A stretch of 64,000 bases of DNA from Takakia lepidozioides. Its lineage: Eukaryota > Plantae > Bryophyta. Within the stretch, counting starts at the first letter, position 1; the number at the start of each line of letters is the position of its first letter. The stretch covers positions 76,012,001-76,076,000 of the forward strand of contig CM060732.1 in the NCBI GenBank assembly GCA_030704615.1. The letters are read 5' to 3'. A program made the translations under genes and the position numbers. Shown piece by piece: positions 41,248 through 53,504 of the stretch. The notes beneath the pieces were generated by a model. That model did not search any database and was not told where the DNA came from. It was given only the letters and a program-made list of their open reading frames with translations.

Positions 41248-41811
41248 AGGTGAACAGCTGCTATGTCGAAGACATTCTTCCTATGACAATAAATTTCTTC
41301 AACATGTCGTGCAATATCCATCGTATGTGAAAGGTCTGCCACATCTCAAGCTGGCCAGGGCACATCAAATCAGTGTTATCCTCAACTTTTTGTTAGCATA
41401 TAATTCAATAGTATGTGTCAAAGAGTTTGGATTCCACCTTCACAGTGAGTTCCGGCGTCGATAGAAGATAGCAACATTAAGCTCTACATGGAGTGATATA
41501 AAGCTGAACTGCTACAGGCAACCAACAGAGAATGGTGAGGACCTTCAATTGCAATGGAGTTAGGTACTACCAATCAGACACTTCATTTCTAGAGAATCCA
41601 TTGAACTGAAAATATGAAGTGAGAAGGGGAATGTTTCCTTTGAAGAGCCTTTTTCCTTCTCAAAATCTAGTGTAGACCTTACTTTGCCATCTCAAATACT
41701 AGAACATGGAATAATCCCATTGACGGTCTTCTGCTACTTTGGTTTCCCTAGACAAATAACAAAATCATCAAGACAATCTTTCCAAGTTGGTAGGTGACTG
41801 GTTTCCAGTAA

Positions 41812-42905
41812 TTATGGCAAAGAAAAGACTATATCCCTGTTTAGCTTAGTTTTCTCTCCAGAATAACTCTCAGATTCCTGACGCTCCAATGTAGTTTTCC
41901 CACCCTCGGAAATCTCCAGTCTTTCTTGCACCTGTGCAATGTCCTTTCTTGCTATTACCCTGCACATACAAACACACATACCAGTGTCCTGCTATAATTT
42001 ATGTGTCATATGTATACATTGACCAGTCCCTAAGAACACTGCAGATAGTACTCTTAAAAGCTAGCTCAGGGGGGCCACTGATCCCCTTGGAGCTCATCAC
42101 AGGGCTTCACCCAACGCCTACAAGTGTCCAATTCAGGGAGTGCACATAACTTGAAACCAGAAAGTATCATAGGGATACAGGCACTTTTGTTTTAGCGATG
42201 AAGGGCAAGACATACCCGAGCAGCATCAACAACCACCCTCCCCCTGTTCTGGCACATACATCAATAGCCTGGGCACAATATAATGTGTAGTGCACCTCTC
42301 ACATAAAACATTGGCAAAGAAAGGACAGGTACATCAACCAATCCTTACACAGCCAAAAAAAGATTGCAGCAAATCTGTTCCCAGAGTCTGTGACACACAA
42401 ATGTCGTAGTCCCAGTGTGCGAAATATGATGAACACCCATTGTGCTGAACACTCGGCACGAATCTACAAAGAAAGAAAAGAGAAGGAAAGAAGTTGAAAT
42501 GGACACTACGTGGATTTCCTTGAGTGAAAGACAGTCATGAAGAAATCCCAATCTTGAAGTACAGAGGGTAAAAGAGGCAAACAAACTTTTCAAACTGGCC
42601 ATTCTGAGACAAGCAAAGGAGTGGCAGGGCAAAGGGACGGAGAAAACAAAAGAAACTTATAATGCAGGGACAGAGTGAGAAAGAAGGGGGGAGTCAAAAA
42701 ACAAAGCTATGATGATAAATGTGGGAATGAATGATGGGGAGACATACTTAAGGGGAGCGCGATTCATGAAAGGCCGGAGGTCCAATTCCTTTTTCCACAC
42801 GGACGCGGGCCCATCAGGCACTGTATCCTCTTGAGTTTGAAGAATTTCCCTGTCTGTTTCATCACTTCCCCTGTTTTCTACTGGGGATTCCTGCCTCTCC
42901 ACCAC
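41812..42905 (-). pseudogene. Last three exons of a CLC chloride channel, copy B
   Basis: ELDLRPFMNRAPL / IRAECSAQWVFIIFRTLGLRHLCVTDSGNR / VIARKDIAQVQ, the CBS2 region of CLC channels. One donor site is mutated. Confidence 0.85.
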
Positions 42906-43680
42906 GTGTCACTATGAATAACTTGAAGATTGAAAAACAATTTAGTTCATGGCAATACCCCCAGTGCCCGTCAGAGAGGACAGAGAAGGATACAACTAGT
43001 GTCACGTGTTCATAGATGCTACCGTGAGGCAATCCGCGACCTTTTGGCCTGGTTATACCTGCTTCCTCAAGTTAGGATTACTTGCGTTGTCAGCGTCTGA
43101 TCAAGCGTTATTCTATTTTCCTCTCAATGTTGGTGAAAGAATCATCTTTAGTTCAAAAGGCTGCTACACCTAGTTGGGTGTGCTTCCAAATCGATCTCGA
43201 AGAAGAGACTTCCAGGGAAATGGAGACGGAGAGAAGAAAAAAGGAAAGAAAAAACTCCAAGAGAGAGTGCTACTAACAATAACCTTCGACTACACTCACC
43301 CTTCCTGCAGGTGCAGACTCTATCAGCATACAGATTGCACAGTTCCCTTCTGCATCTGCAACTCATTATTCATGGATTACTGTGTCGCAATATGACAAAA
43401 ATGATGAGTCAGACACCAGAGTCTCGTCACATGAGTAATAGACAAATGATATCAAACAGCCTAGTAGTGATTTCAAGTTTATGAATCCTGAAGACTAACT
43501 AACAGGGAAAGTTTGGTTGTTGATGGTTCCTGAGGCCCCTAACATACAATGTTGGCCATGCTTTGTAGATTGGCAACCAAACTGAGGTTGTCTGCCAACC
43601 ATGCAATATGACACTACTGTTATGTCTGTCTGTTACTGTTATCGAAGGCCAAAGAAGACAGAAGACCAAAGATAGTGCAC

Positions 43681-44222
43681 CTTTTGGACGGGGATCTGCT
43701 GCACCACTCGGTTGCTCTTGCTCCCTTTGCTTGCTAAAATATTCTGATAATAGGTTAATCAGCCATTTGCCAAAGCCTCTGCATACAGAATTGCCCAGAA
43801 GAAGGCACATTCACATACTGCCAGAAATGCAGAGGAGTTCCCCACCTCTTATCCTGTCAATCAACGTCACTTGTTTACATCTGATGATTGCAGAAGAGCT
43901 GCACAAGGATCCATTCATGGTCAGAGTACACAAGAATGCAGTACGTTGCATCTGGGAAAAAGACCCAACACCTACCTTTGATACTTCCTACACCTGATGA
44001 TTCCAAATGCAAATCACCCAGCGTGCCACCCTCAGAATTGCACGCAAGTCTTAGCTTCACGAAGGCTGAGTATGGGTTGCCGGGCTTCACACACGCTTCT
44101 GTGAGCTCCGAGAAACGTAGCGTCCAGGCCCTCACTGTACGACTTCTCCAAATGCTCCTCTCGCTTCTGCACCAGAAAGGCTGCAAGTGCTTCATTGGAC
44201 ACTCCACTCGCCTCGTCTCCAT
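43681..44222 (-). pseudogene. MUS81: MUS81 first two exons, copy B
   Basis: Exon 1 has a frameshift and has lost its donor. Exon 2 reads GFGKWLINLLSEYF. Confidence 0.82.
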
Positions 44223-45134
44223 TTTCCCTTCCCCGCCTCTCACCTCCTTCAGCACCCAAAGACCCACAGCCACATCTTCGTTCACGATTGATCCTGCTCA
44301 GAGAGAAGCACGAGAATGCCCAGCCTGAGCGTGCCCACCTTCCTAAATCCCCTCAAAACCCCGCAGACAACAAGAATCGCGCTCAGCAACGAAGCAAACG
44401 TTCGCCCAATCGCTGCACCATTCTCTCTTCTTTTTTGGGTTTTGTTTCTTTTGGGGGGAAAACTTAGGCAGCCGGAGCTGCCAAATGCAAAATTTCCTCA
44501 GCTGCGGTGGGTAGCAGAGATGGAGGATTTCTTTCCGAGACTTATGTTCCTGGATTTCGATGGAATCCACAAAGGACATTGTGGGGCAGGCTTACCATCC
44601 CCTTTGACCCCCAACCGAGGGAGGAGGATATCAAAGCTTCTCTATATGCAAAATGTTTCCAGAGTTTGTGAGGAGAAGGCTCCTCTCGGAGTTTCCGTTT
44701 ACTGTGGATAGGTTCGTCCTCTTTTCGCTTACTACGGATATCGCTAACAACCAGCAGAGTGCTTATCTTTTTTTTTTTTCTTTTTTTAAATTGATCTTGA
44801 TGTCAGTTAGAAAGTTCGGATGAATTCCTGCATGTACGTTGAGGCTATAGTTTTAAAAGATTCATAAATTGAGAAAGCCGCAAAAAAGTAAGTTGATGGC
44901 AGACAAACTGATCGAGATCGATCGGGACTCATTCATACCCAAATATCCAACCATTTGGAGAATGGACATCACAATATTTTCTTAAACTCCCCGGAAAAAG
45001 GGGTATACAATTGTTACACAAAATGTGATACCCGGAGAGCAGAGGTTGTGGAACTTGATTTGAATCCTCCAAAAAGGTCCTCGAACTCGCATCCCTGATC
45101 TTGAAGACGGCGTGAGCTTCATTGTCGACCGGTC

Positions 45135-45843
45135 CTCACGCAGTCCATCACCCGCAGGCTCATGCCGCCACTTTCACAATCCCCGGGTATCGTCTGATGA
45201 GTGGTAGAGTAGGGTGGGTGGCCTGAACATATTGTGGTGAGTAGACTTTAAGCTATTAGTCACGGGTTGTAGTGAGAACCGTGGTGTAGGTGTAACCAAG
45301 GGTGCCACGACACAGCATTGAACACCAAATGGTGTCATCTGAGGTGGCCACGATGACCAATCCAGACCAACATTGAAAACTAAACCCCAGACGGAAATTG
45401 CAAATGGGTCTCACACGGACAACACGGAGCCAGATCATAGGCAGTTGTGCTGACCGACAAAGGGGCCATCATCATCTCTCAGGAGAGACATACAACCAAA
45501 TAGTCTAATGAAACACAGCGGGTACACTATTGAGGTGGGCAAGGGCAGGGGCGCGCGGGCTCTCTACATTCATGAAAAATACTGGAAATGAGCCTTCAAT
45601 AAGTTTTTTTATCATAGCGGTCTACCACGTTGCATGGGCAGATCAGGGCTTACCCGAGAGTGTCTCCCACTTTGAAGTGGATGTTGCTGGACACAAATTG
45701 GGTAGAAATCACTGGAGTCAACCGGGTGGGTCGGTCCAGCCTATCTATCACCCACTGTCCACGGTCGCTGCACAGTACCCCTGCAGACAGCAGCATAGCA
45801 TTGCTGCGGTCACCATCATGGTCATTTTGATGACAGATTCCAT
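45135..45843 (-). pseudogene. Phytocyanin pseudogene (left arm of copy B)
   Basis: Degenerate exon 1 ending FKVGDTL. Exon 2 is largely replaced by unrelated sequence (~45200-45560). Confidence 0.75.
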
Positions 45844-47234
45844 TGTGGCAGTACTGCACAAGTTTCCTCCACCACCTTCGATAGTCAGTTCTCAAGTCAT
45901 TTCTTCAGTCATTTACCCGTGTAGAGGCAAATATCATGCATATTTCTAAGTCTTGACCAATGACTGTTGCAGGCAATCAACTGGAATGCAATATTGATAA
46001 AGATTGCAAGAGAGGGAGCACAAAGGATTGCGAGGAGAAGAAAAAACGCTAGAGATATGTCTGAGCAGTCCTCATCCTCCCGGCCTATCGACTACGTCAA
46101 ACCTGGATCATCAGAAGCTGACCAACAGAAACAGAAATCCAAAAGCTCTGAAAAATGTTACTCAAACAATGCGGAATGGGGGCGGATGTTTGAAACGGAT
46201 CGACCAGCGGAAGTCGAAGTAGGATCGATGAAGGGCAGGATGGTAAGAAAGCCTGGCCCTGTAGCTCTTTATATACAGACCTGCTGCTCGAAGCTGTGCG
46301 TACCTCTCTCGGGGGCTTTTTCGATCACCGAGTCTGCCGAGAAATATCTGGAAGCAGCGGTAACACCCAGAATTAGAGGAGATCGTGCAGATAAATATAT
46401 CGTCTTTTCAAACTACCGAAAACAAATGAGGTAGTTTGGTTGTATTCTAGAAAAAGTGTTGGATATTCCGTTTCTCAGTAACGGAATCTATTGGAGTGCC
46501 ACCCAGTTGATTCTGGGTTCACAGGTGTCCATTGTACACCTTCCCACCGAACAGTTGTACCTTTGGCGGGGTTAAGTGACATTTGCTTTTGAACGTTTAT
46601 TATGTATTTTGCATATCCTGTTCTAGAACCAGAATATCCAGCACTATTCTTAGAGTACAACCGAACTCGCTCATATTTTGAACAGAATATACTATTTATG
46701 ACCATCTCACGTAAATCTGGGTGTACCGCTGCTTCGAGATATTTCTCGACAGACTCGCCGAGAGAGTACGCACTCCTGAGCAGCAGGTCCTGAGACTACT
46801 CTCTTCGACTTCCTGTGGCTGCAGCAGCGCACACTGGGCACGGTGGTCGATCCGTGCAACATTCCGCCCTCCTTTCGCATTGTGTGAGTAAGATTTTTGA
46901 GAGCATTAGAATTCTTGTTTCTGTTGGTCATGAGCTTCTGATTGATCGAGGCCGTCTGTTGATTGGTCCGGAAGGTTCCTTTACCTCTAGCTTTTTTCTT
47001 CTTCTCCTGAATCTTTTGTGCTCCTTTCTGCATCTTTAATTGTTGCATTGATTTTGATTGTCTCCACAATCTGGTCAAGACTTAGAAATACGCATCGAGA
47101 TTTGTAGAGGTCTACATTACCCTACATGGTTTTCCATGTAAAATTTTAATGTAAGCTGTATGGTATAAGCCAAGGCGTCTTGTTTCATGACTGGAATGAC
47201 TATCGAGGGTTGTGGAAACTTGTACAGTGCTACA

Positions 47235-47878
47235 ATGGCATCTTTCATCAAAATGACCATGATGGTAGTCGCAGCAATGCTACTGCTGCTGCCTGCAGGG
47301 GCTACTGCAGCGACGTGGACAGTGGGTGGTAGCATAGGCTGGACCGACCCACCCGGTAGTGACTACAGTGATTCTCTCAATTTCTGTCCAACAGCATCCA
47401 CTTCAAAGTGGGCGACACTCTAGGTGAGCCCTGATCTGCACATGCTACATTCATGGACGCCCATGTTAAATTGACCAGTTATGATAAAAGAAAGTCTTAT
47501 ATTAAGGACCATCAACTTTCAGTATCATTTGTTCATGTAGTATGTCTGTGCGCGCAAGTCCTGGCTTATATTACGTTGCTTCTGGAGTATTCCTTACACT
47601 GAGATTTTTGGGCTGTTTGGTGGATATGTGTGGTTAGTCTTCAATTATGCCACCGGGGCCCACATTGTTCTGGAGGTCATGGGGGCAGACTACTTGGCGT
47701 GCAATGCTGCTTTTCCTCTTGGCTTACCTACACCAGGTCTCCTACCACTGTGACTCTCTCTAAAGCGGGCACATTCTATTTCATCAGTGGAGAACCCGGC
47801 GATTGTGAAAGTGGGGGCATGAAGCTGCAGGTGACTGCATATAATATCCCTGGGTTTGAACTGTTACAGGTTGGATGA
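47235..47878 (+). pseudogene. Phytocyanin / ENODL-like gene (right arm of copy B), small frameshifts
   Basis: Exon 1 47235-47423 (GTGAG donor). Exon 2 from 47638 reads FNYATGAHIVLEV..DYLACN..AGTFYFISGEPGDCESGGMKLQV. Confidence 0.85.
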
Positions 47879-50036
47879 ACAGAATTAAAGAGAACTCGTT
47901 CTGTGCAACATGTTCACGAATTACGCCGGGAAAATGGAGCAGGAGGCCACGTGAAGAGATGCGAGGTGGCTAATTGCCGATGGAGTACTATATCAACAGT
48001 CTTAATTAATCAAGGGATGTGTGAGTTCTATGGAGACCTGCATTTTTGCAGATTCAAATAAGTCCCTATGGAATGACATGTGCTAGGGTATTACATGTTG
48101 TGAGGTATACCATTTGTCATAAGGATTAGAATAAATTGTGATGGACCCATTCTTTGGTGTGAATATATTCCGGTATCAGTGAGTACTACAGATCTAGATC
48201 TAAAATGGTATGCATGCATAACATTTTTGCAGCTTTTGTAGTAAAACCTTGAACTCTTAAAACTAATAGCCTCATCATGCAGGAATTCTTATATCCCCTT
48301 CTCGAGAAGAGACATTGAATGCAGTCTCACGCTTGTCTGGTTATGCCCTTTAGCATGTTGATTCTTGGTAGGTACCCTGGATACCTCGCAACCTGCTGCA
48401 GTTCTGATCTGCTACAGTGCAGAAGTATCACCTCATGCTGGAAATGAATTGCCAACCGGTTACCCAATGGAAAGAATTGTTGGAAGAAATTACACAAGGG
48501 GCATGTGAATCATTCAAATAAGGCAAAAGCCATATACTTTACCACCCAGCTTCCCTGACAATTAGCACTGACATGGGAATCACTGCCAATGGCACAGTCC
48601 CTTATAACTCAACATGAAGCTAGGGTCCCTTAATTAATGTGGCAATTTTGATGCCTTAATTGTATGTATTACAGCCTATACCCCACTAGGAAATTTCCCA
48701 TTATTCAATGTTGGAATGTTTTACATTATTCAATGGTGGGATGTTTTCAATGGTAGGATGTTTTCTGGGATGTTTACATACATTAGAGTGATGCAATTTT
48801 GAAATTTATTGCTGAAATGTTTTCAATGTTTTCAAGGTATTTAATCTACTCCATGTATTCAAAGTCTTCAAGGTATTTCATTTCCTTCTATGGTTGATCT
48901 CTAGTTGGTCTCTCATCTTTGGGCAGTAGTCCTGACCCCTTTCCAAGCAGATCCATGGCATTCTCTCTCCTTACAAGGCAAGGAACCTGCAGGTCAGATC
49001 AGATAAAATTGAGAACCCAGCAAACTTGTCAAGATTGAAACTCTTAGAAATGGCAAATGTCACTGGTTTCTTCATGAGCTCCAGTCATCATTTTAAAAGG
49101 TTACCCTCACTTGACAAAAACAAGACGGATTGTAACTTAATATATATAGCAGACAGACAATAGACTACAGGGGGTTGTAAGCCCAAAAACAAACAAGCCA
49201 ATTCAGTTAGACAGTGGCATATATGGTTTGGCCACAAGACGCTACAAGAAACTTGACTCGTGATTGTTTCTTGACAGTTTTTAATGAGCAGGTAAGTAAG
49301 TTATCTGCTACCTATAATGAGCAGATTTCTCGGAATATAAGTTAGAACGTTAGAACAGATTACAAAAACCACTGGGTTGTCAGCAGCTGGGTTCTTACGC
49401 TGGTCCACTCACTTCCTTCTATGGTTGATCTCTAGTTGGTCTCTCATCTAGCCGGTCGCCCTGGATTGGTTCAGATCCACGCATGTTAACTTCCATTGAT
49501 TAAAAAAACATAACTTACTAAATTCCTATAAACGCTCCATTCCAATCCCAAGCCCCATGCTGGTCTTTGACTACCTGACCCACCCAGTATATAAAGAGCT
49601 GCAGGCTAGGCTTATGCTTCTACCATCCTGCCCTTCATCGATCCTACTTCTACTTCCTGTTGCTGCAGCAGCGCACTCTGGGCACTCTGGTCGATCCGTT
49701 AAACATTCCGACCTCCTTCCGCATTGTGTTCACGAGTAAAAATTTGCAGAGCTTTTGGATTCTTGTTTCTGCTGGTCATGAGCTTCTGATTGCAGATCCA
49801 GGTTTGTTGGAATATTGGAGCGAGAGGTTTCTGCTCAGACCTTACCTCTAGCTTCTTTCTTCTGCTCCTCAATCTTTTGTGCTCCTTTGTGTGTGAGTAA
49901 AGATAATCCAGCTTCAAGGATCACACATCATTTGGCAGCTCAATGTGTTCACTTGGTCTTCTCATTCACTCGGAGGGTTGTGTTTTGTCTTCAATCTTAG
50001 TTCCTTCAGACTGTGGCTTAGCGTGCAATGGGTGCA

Positions 50037-51311
50037 ATGGATCCGAGACTGGAAGGTGCTACCGGAGGAGCTGCTGCTTAGAGTAATGTCTGTGTTGCCG
50101 CTGTTACACCTGCTGAGGATTCTTTGCCTGTTAAAGAGGTGGAACACACTCATACTTTCACGGAGCTGTGGACCAAACTCCCCACAAGCGCCGTCTTTAT
50201 CAGACAAGGCATTTTGAATTTGGTTTTCCTGCTTCTATGACCGAAAATTTCCTGTGGCGTATCCCAAGCAGCAAGCATGGCACAAGTTCGATCTCACTTT
50301 TCTTGATCTTGGGCCCCAGATTCATATTGTGGCAGCAGCAGGAGGATTGGTTGGCCTGATGCAACATGTAACTTAGCGCCAAGTAAACTGTATGCAGTCG
50401 CTGGACTCTGTTTTGATGGTGGTGAATCCGCTCACAAGGTCATGGCGGCAGTTGCCTCCTTTGAAATTATGTGGATCATGGGCGCACTTCTTCCTCCAGG
50501 TAACGATCTTCTGCACATTCATATGTTTGACTCCTACGATTTTGCGCGTGACAGTTGGAATGAATCTATGGTACCATAACGTTCACATAGGTTCCTGAGT
50601 GCGATTCGTATGGCACGGAAAGGGCAGCTTTTCCAGGTCTGTGCATATCGCCTGGAGTTGCCGGGTTGTTGACTTCTGGCGTCTCTGCACGAAGAAACAG
50701 TGTCGGGTGCACGTGAGAAGAACAACGCTTGACAGATTTTTTGAGATCCTTATGAACTGTTCTTTTGGTTATCGAAGCTTCAATCGTGCGTATGTGCCAG
50801 GGCAAGGAGACGGTGTTGTTTCTGGGGTAAACAGATACAGAGCTCTTTCACGAAACTCTTGAGAATTGCTGATCCATCGCTGGGAAAGGGGTTCCTGAAG
50901 CAGGTCAGGCTCCACTGGAATAAACAGAGTAAACCCGAAACGACACAAGAGAAGATGCACAAGGTTGCCATGGCCATGGTCGAACCTGAGCAAAAGGTCA
51001 GATGGTTGGAGATCTGGAACTGCGACCCGATAGTGCGAGACACAAACATGTTCCCCTCCCAAGAAAAAGACAGAGCAGGAGTTTACGACCTTTCTCCGAT
51101 AATGCCTTCGAGGCTTGGCTGCACAAGGCGACATTTTGGAGCCAGGTTGGTTCTAACTTTCTTTGCTTTTAGCCTGTTTGCATATCTTCCGACTTCGAAA
51201 ACAACTCCTGACAGCAATCTTGCCCTACCTGGAATGCACTCTCCAAGGAAAGTTTTTGTGTTTGAGCCGTCGTTGAGTGCCACAGTCGGGACAGCAAAGC
51301 CTAATGACTAG
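50037..51311 (+). pseudogene. F-box protein pseudogene (copy C)
   Basis: WKVLPEELLLRVMSVLPLLHLLRILCLLKRWNTLI and VVNPLTRSWRQLPPL. Frameshifted. Confidence 0.85.
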
Positions 51312-52451
51312 TAGAACCTTGGACGCCCAATTGTGTTGTCCAGAGGGAGGCCTTGTCTCTACAGCAATTACACTGAGGCTGCTGACCTAAATTTCAAGAC
51401 GATCTGTGTGCAGAAATTACACTTGGTCAATGTTTAAAATTTACACAGAATAACTCAGAGTACTGATTAATTGATACTCGACATTCTATAATCGACTGCA
51501 TCTCCTCAAATTTGGTCATAAGTGCAATTTTCGTTCGAAGCTAGTAGTTCCCTGTAAGAGCTTTACACAAAGCTGCACGATCTCGAGCTAAATCTGTTCA
51601 CTCTGGCATAATTTGTGCCTAAAGTACCGAAGTCCGGCCAGGGTTGCAAACCACCTCAAGTGTCACAAACTAACCTCACAGTACTGATACAAATCACCGC
51701 CTACAGGAGCCCACATCACAGACCTTCCCTTTACAGTTATTTTGGTTCACTCATGCTTGTGGTAGCCCTCATAGTGCATCGTAGATTGGTGCTCTTCCAC
51801 CTCCTTTTCGGCCTCACATGACAGATAGAATAAAATTATTTGAGTTCGATTGTCACCATTTCAGAAATTGTGATTCACCACAATCCTCATGAGCACCACC
51901 TAACAGATCTTGAACCGAATGCAAATCAGAAGTAGTACAAAATTGTAAGCTAAGGTCGTATTTCACGGGCTGCTCAAGATCAATTACACGAGCAGCTTCA
52001 CAGGCCTCTTCTGTGAAGCAAATCACGTATCCAAAGGTCCATTCCTGACATTGATGCTTCTTGTCAGGATCAAGGGACGCACGCATCCAAACTGTGGTTC
52101 TTCGGTAGACCCGCGGAGGAGAAGGCTCCTGTCGACCGGAGTTTTCGTTTACTGTGGATGCACTGTTCGTAATTGCTTACTATGGAATATTAAGAGGGAA
52201 CTCAAATTCTTTTCGTTACTGTGGAAAGTATGGACTACTTATAGAATTTTCCTAAAAGAGGGCCAAATGCGGAAAAACCAGACTAAAAAAATAAACGGCT
52301 TAGAGATGGAAACAGCGAGCTTGATCCAGATCTGTATAAAAGGTGGCAGACTTGTGAGGCAAGCTCACTGATCTGCATTGTTAGCCTGTCCAGACTCGCT
52401 TGTTTCTTGCAAGCAAGCACGCAGCTTTGAAGCGGATTGGGAGCCATCACG

Positions 52452-53504
52452 ATGGTGGCGAGGATTTCCCCTGTTTGGATTCGACAGTTTTTACATTCTG
52501 AATACGGGACCAGCGATTGCACAGTTTGTAAGACAACGAGGGTCTGTAGAAGCTTTTTCTGTGTTGACTGCCGTGAAGGGCATCTCTGCCATTTGGAGTT
52601 CACTTCTCCTGCCAAGGGCCACTTTGGTCACAATCGCCTGCAAACAAGGAAAGCTTCACGCAGGAACGTAGTTCGAGTTGAGGATATCCGGACACATATG
52701 GACGTGAGTGGGATAGAGGAATACGTTATTAATGGTTTTAAAGTCTATCAGCTTTCTGCTTCACCAAATCCCAGAGTAAAGGCAAGCGGAGTAACGGCCC
52801 TCTGCAGAACATGCAAGTGGCGTTTGAAGGACGGAGGTAACAGGTTTTGCTCTTTGCAGTGCAAACTAGAAGCGAATGAGGACTGGCACGATATTTCTGG
52901 GGTCTTGATGAAAGAAGATCAGCGTCCCTCATACAAGGGAATGAGTGCTGATATCTCGGCCTTGATCACCTCTACCGAGGTTAGTCCTAGTTCTGGAACA
53001 TCAAGCGCAAGGAACGATATTACTGGGGTCTTGCAGACGACAGAGGACGGAACTCTTTTTGAAGCGATTTCAAGGACAGAATATGAAGATCGGCGTCCCT
53101 CACAACAGGGAATGAGTACCGATGCCCGGCCGGTCCTGATCACCACTACCCGCGAGTTCAGTCCTAGTTCTAGCAATTCAAGGAAAAGGAGCCATGATGG
53201 CAGGCTGCTGACGGCAGAGGAGGCCCCAGTTTTGGCATATGTGGACATGGAGCCGGCTCTACGGGAATTTGAGAAGAAGCTGTACGATTGCCAGGGGGTT
53301 ACCCAGTGGAAGGAATTGTTCGAAGAAATTACAAAATTCGGAGGACATTTTCCTACTGAGCAGTGGATAGCAGCATATACTCTTTGTACACTCAGCTCCG
53401 CCTACAACCCTGGACCAAAGCCTGCGTTTCTCGCAGATAAGATGGCCTTGAAAATGATTCCCCAGAAGCGCACTACATCTCCTCGACCAGGCTCTTCAAG
53501 ATGA
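52452..53504 (+). CDS. Divergent intronless PLATZ-family transcription factor (350 aa from the ATG), the only uninterrupted copy
   Basis: Open ORF with both PLATZ zinc-binding regions. A 2-bp insertion at ~53493 stops it roughly 45-50 aa earlier than the frame in copies A and B. Confidence 0.8.
   Translation: MVARISPVWIRQFLHSEYGTSDCTVCKTTRVCRSFFCVDCREGHLCHLEFTSPAKGHFGHNRLQTRKASRRNVVRVEDIRTHMDVSGIEEYVINGFKVYQLSASPNPRVKASGVTALCRTCKWRLKDGGNRFCSLQCKLEANEDWHDISGVLMKEDQRPSYKGMSADISALITSTEVSPSSGTSSARNDITGVLQTTEDGTLFEAISRTEYEDRRPSQQGMSTDARPVLITTTREFSPSSSNSRKRSHDGRLLTAEEAPVLAYVDMEPALREFEKKLYDCQGVTQWKELFEEITKFGGHFPTEQWIAAYTLCTLSSAYNPGPKPAFLADKMALKMIPQKRTTSPRPGSSR

Larger units (their letters stand above)
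35376..48290. repeat. Segmental duplication copy B (longest version)
   Basis: Colinear with 5733-14985 and 52222-55929. Retains segments deleted from A and/or C. Confidence 0.92.
44820..48290. repeat. Long inverted repeat, copy B (arms ~1.67 kb, spacer ~120 bp)
   Basis: Outer edges gaattcctgcatg..gaggctatagttttaa (~44822) and ttaaaactaatagcctc..catgcaggaattc (~48288). Inner edges ~46490 and ~46610. Confidence 0.85.

Noticed and set aside
48882-49449. ~37-bp direct repeat (ttccttctatggttgatctctagttggtctctcatct) about 530 bp apart
   Set aside because: Real, but too long for a TSD and without TG..CA ends; probably a repair scar at the B/C junction.
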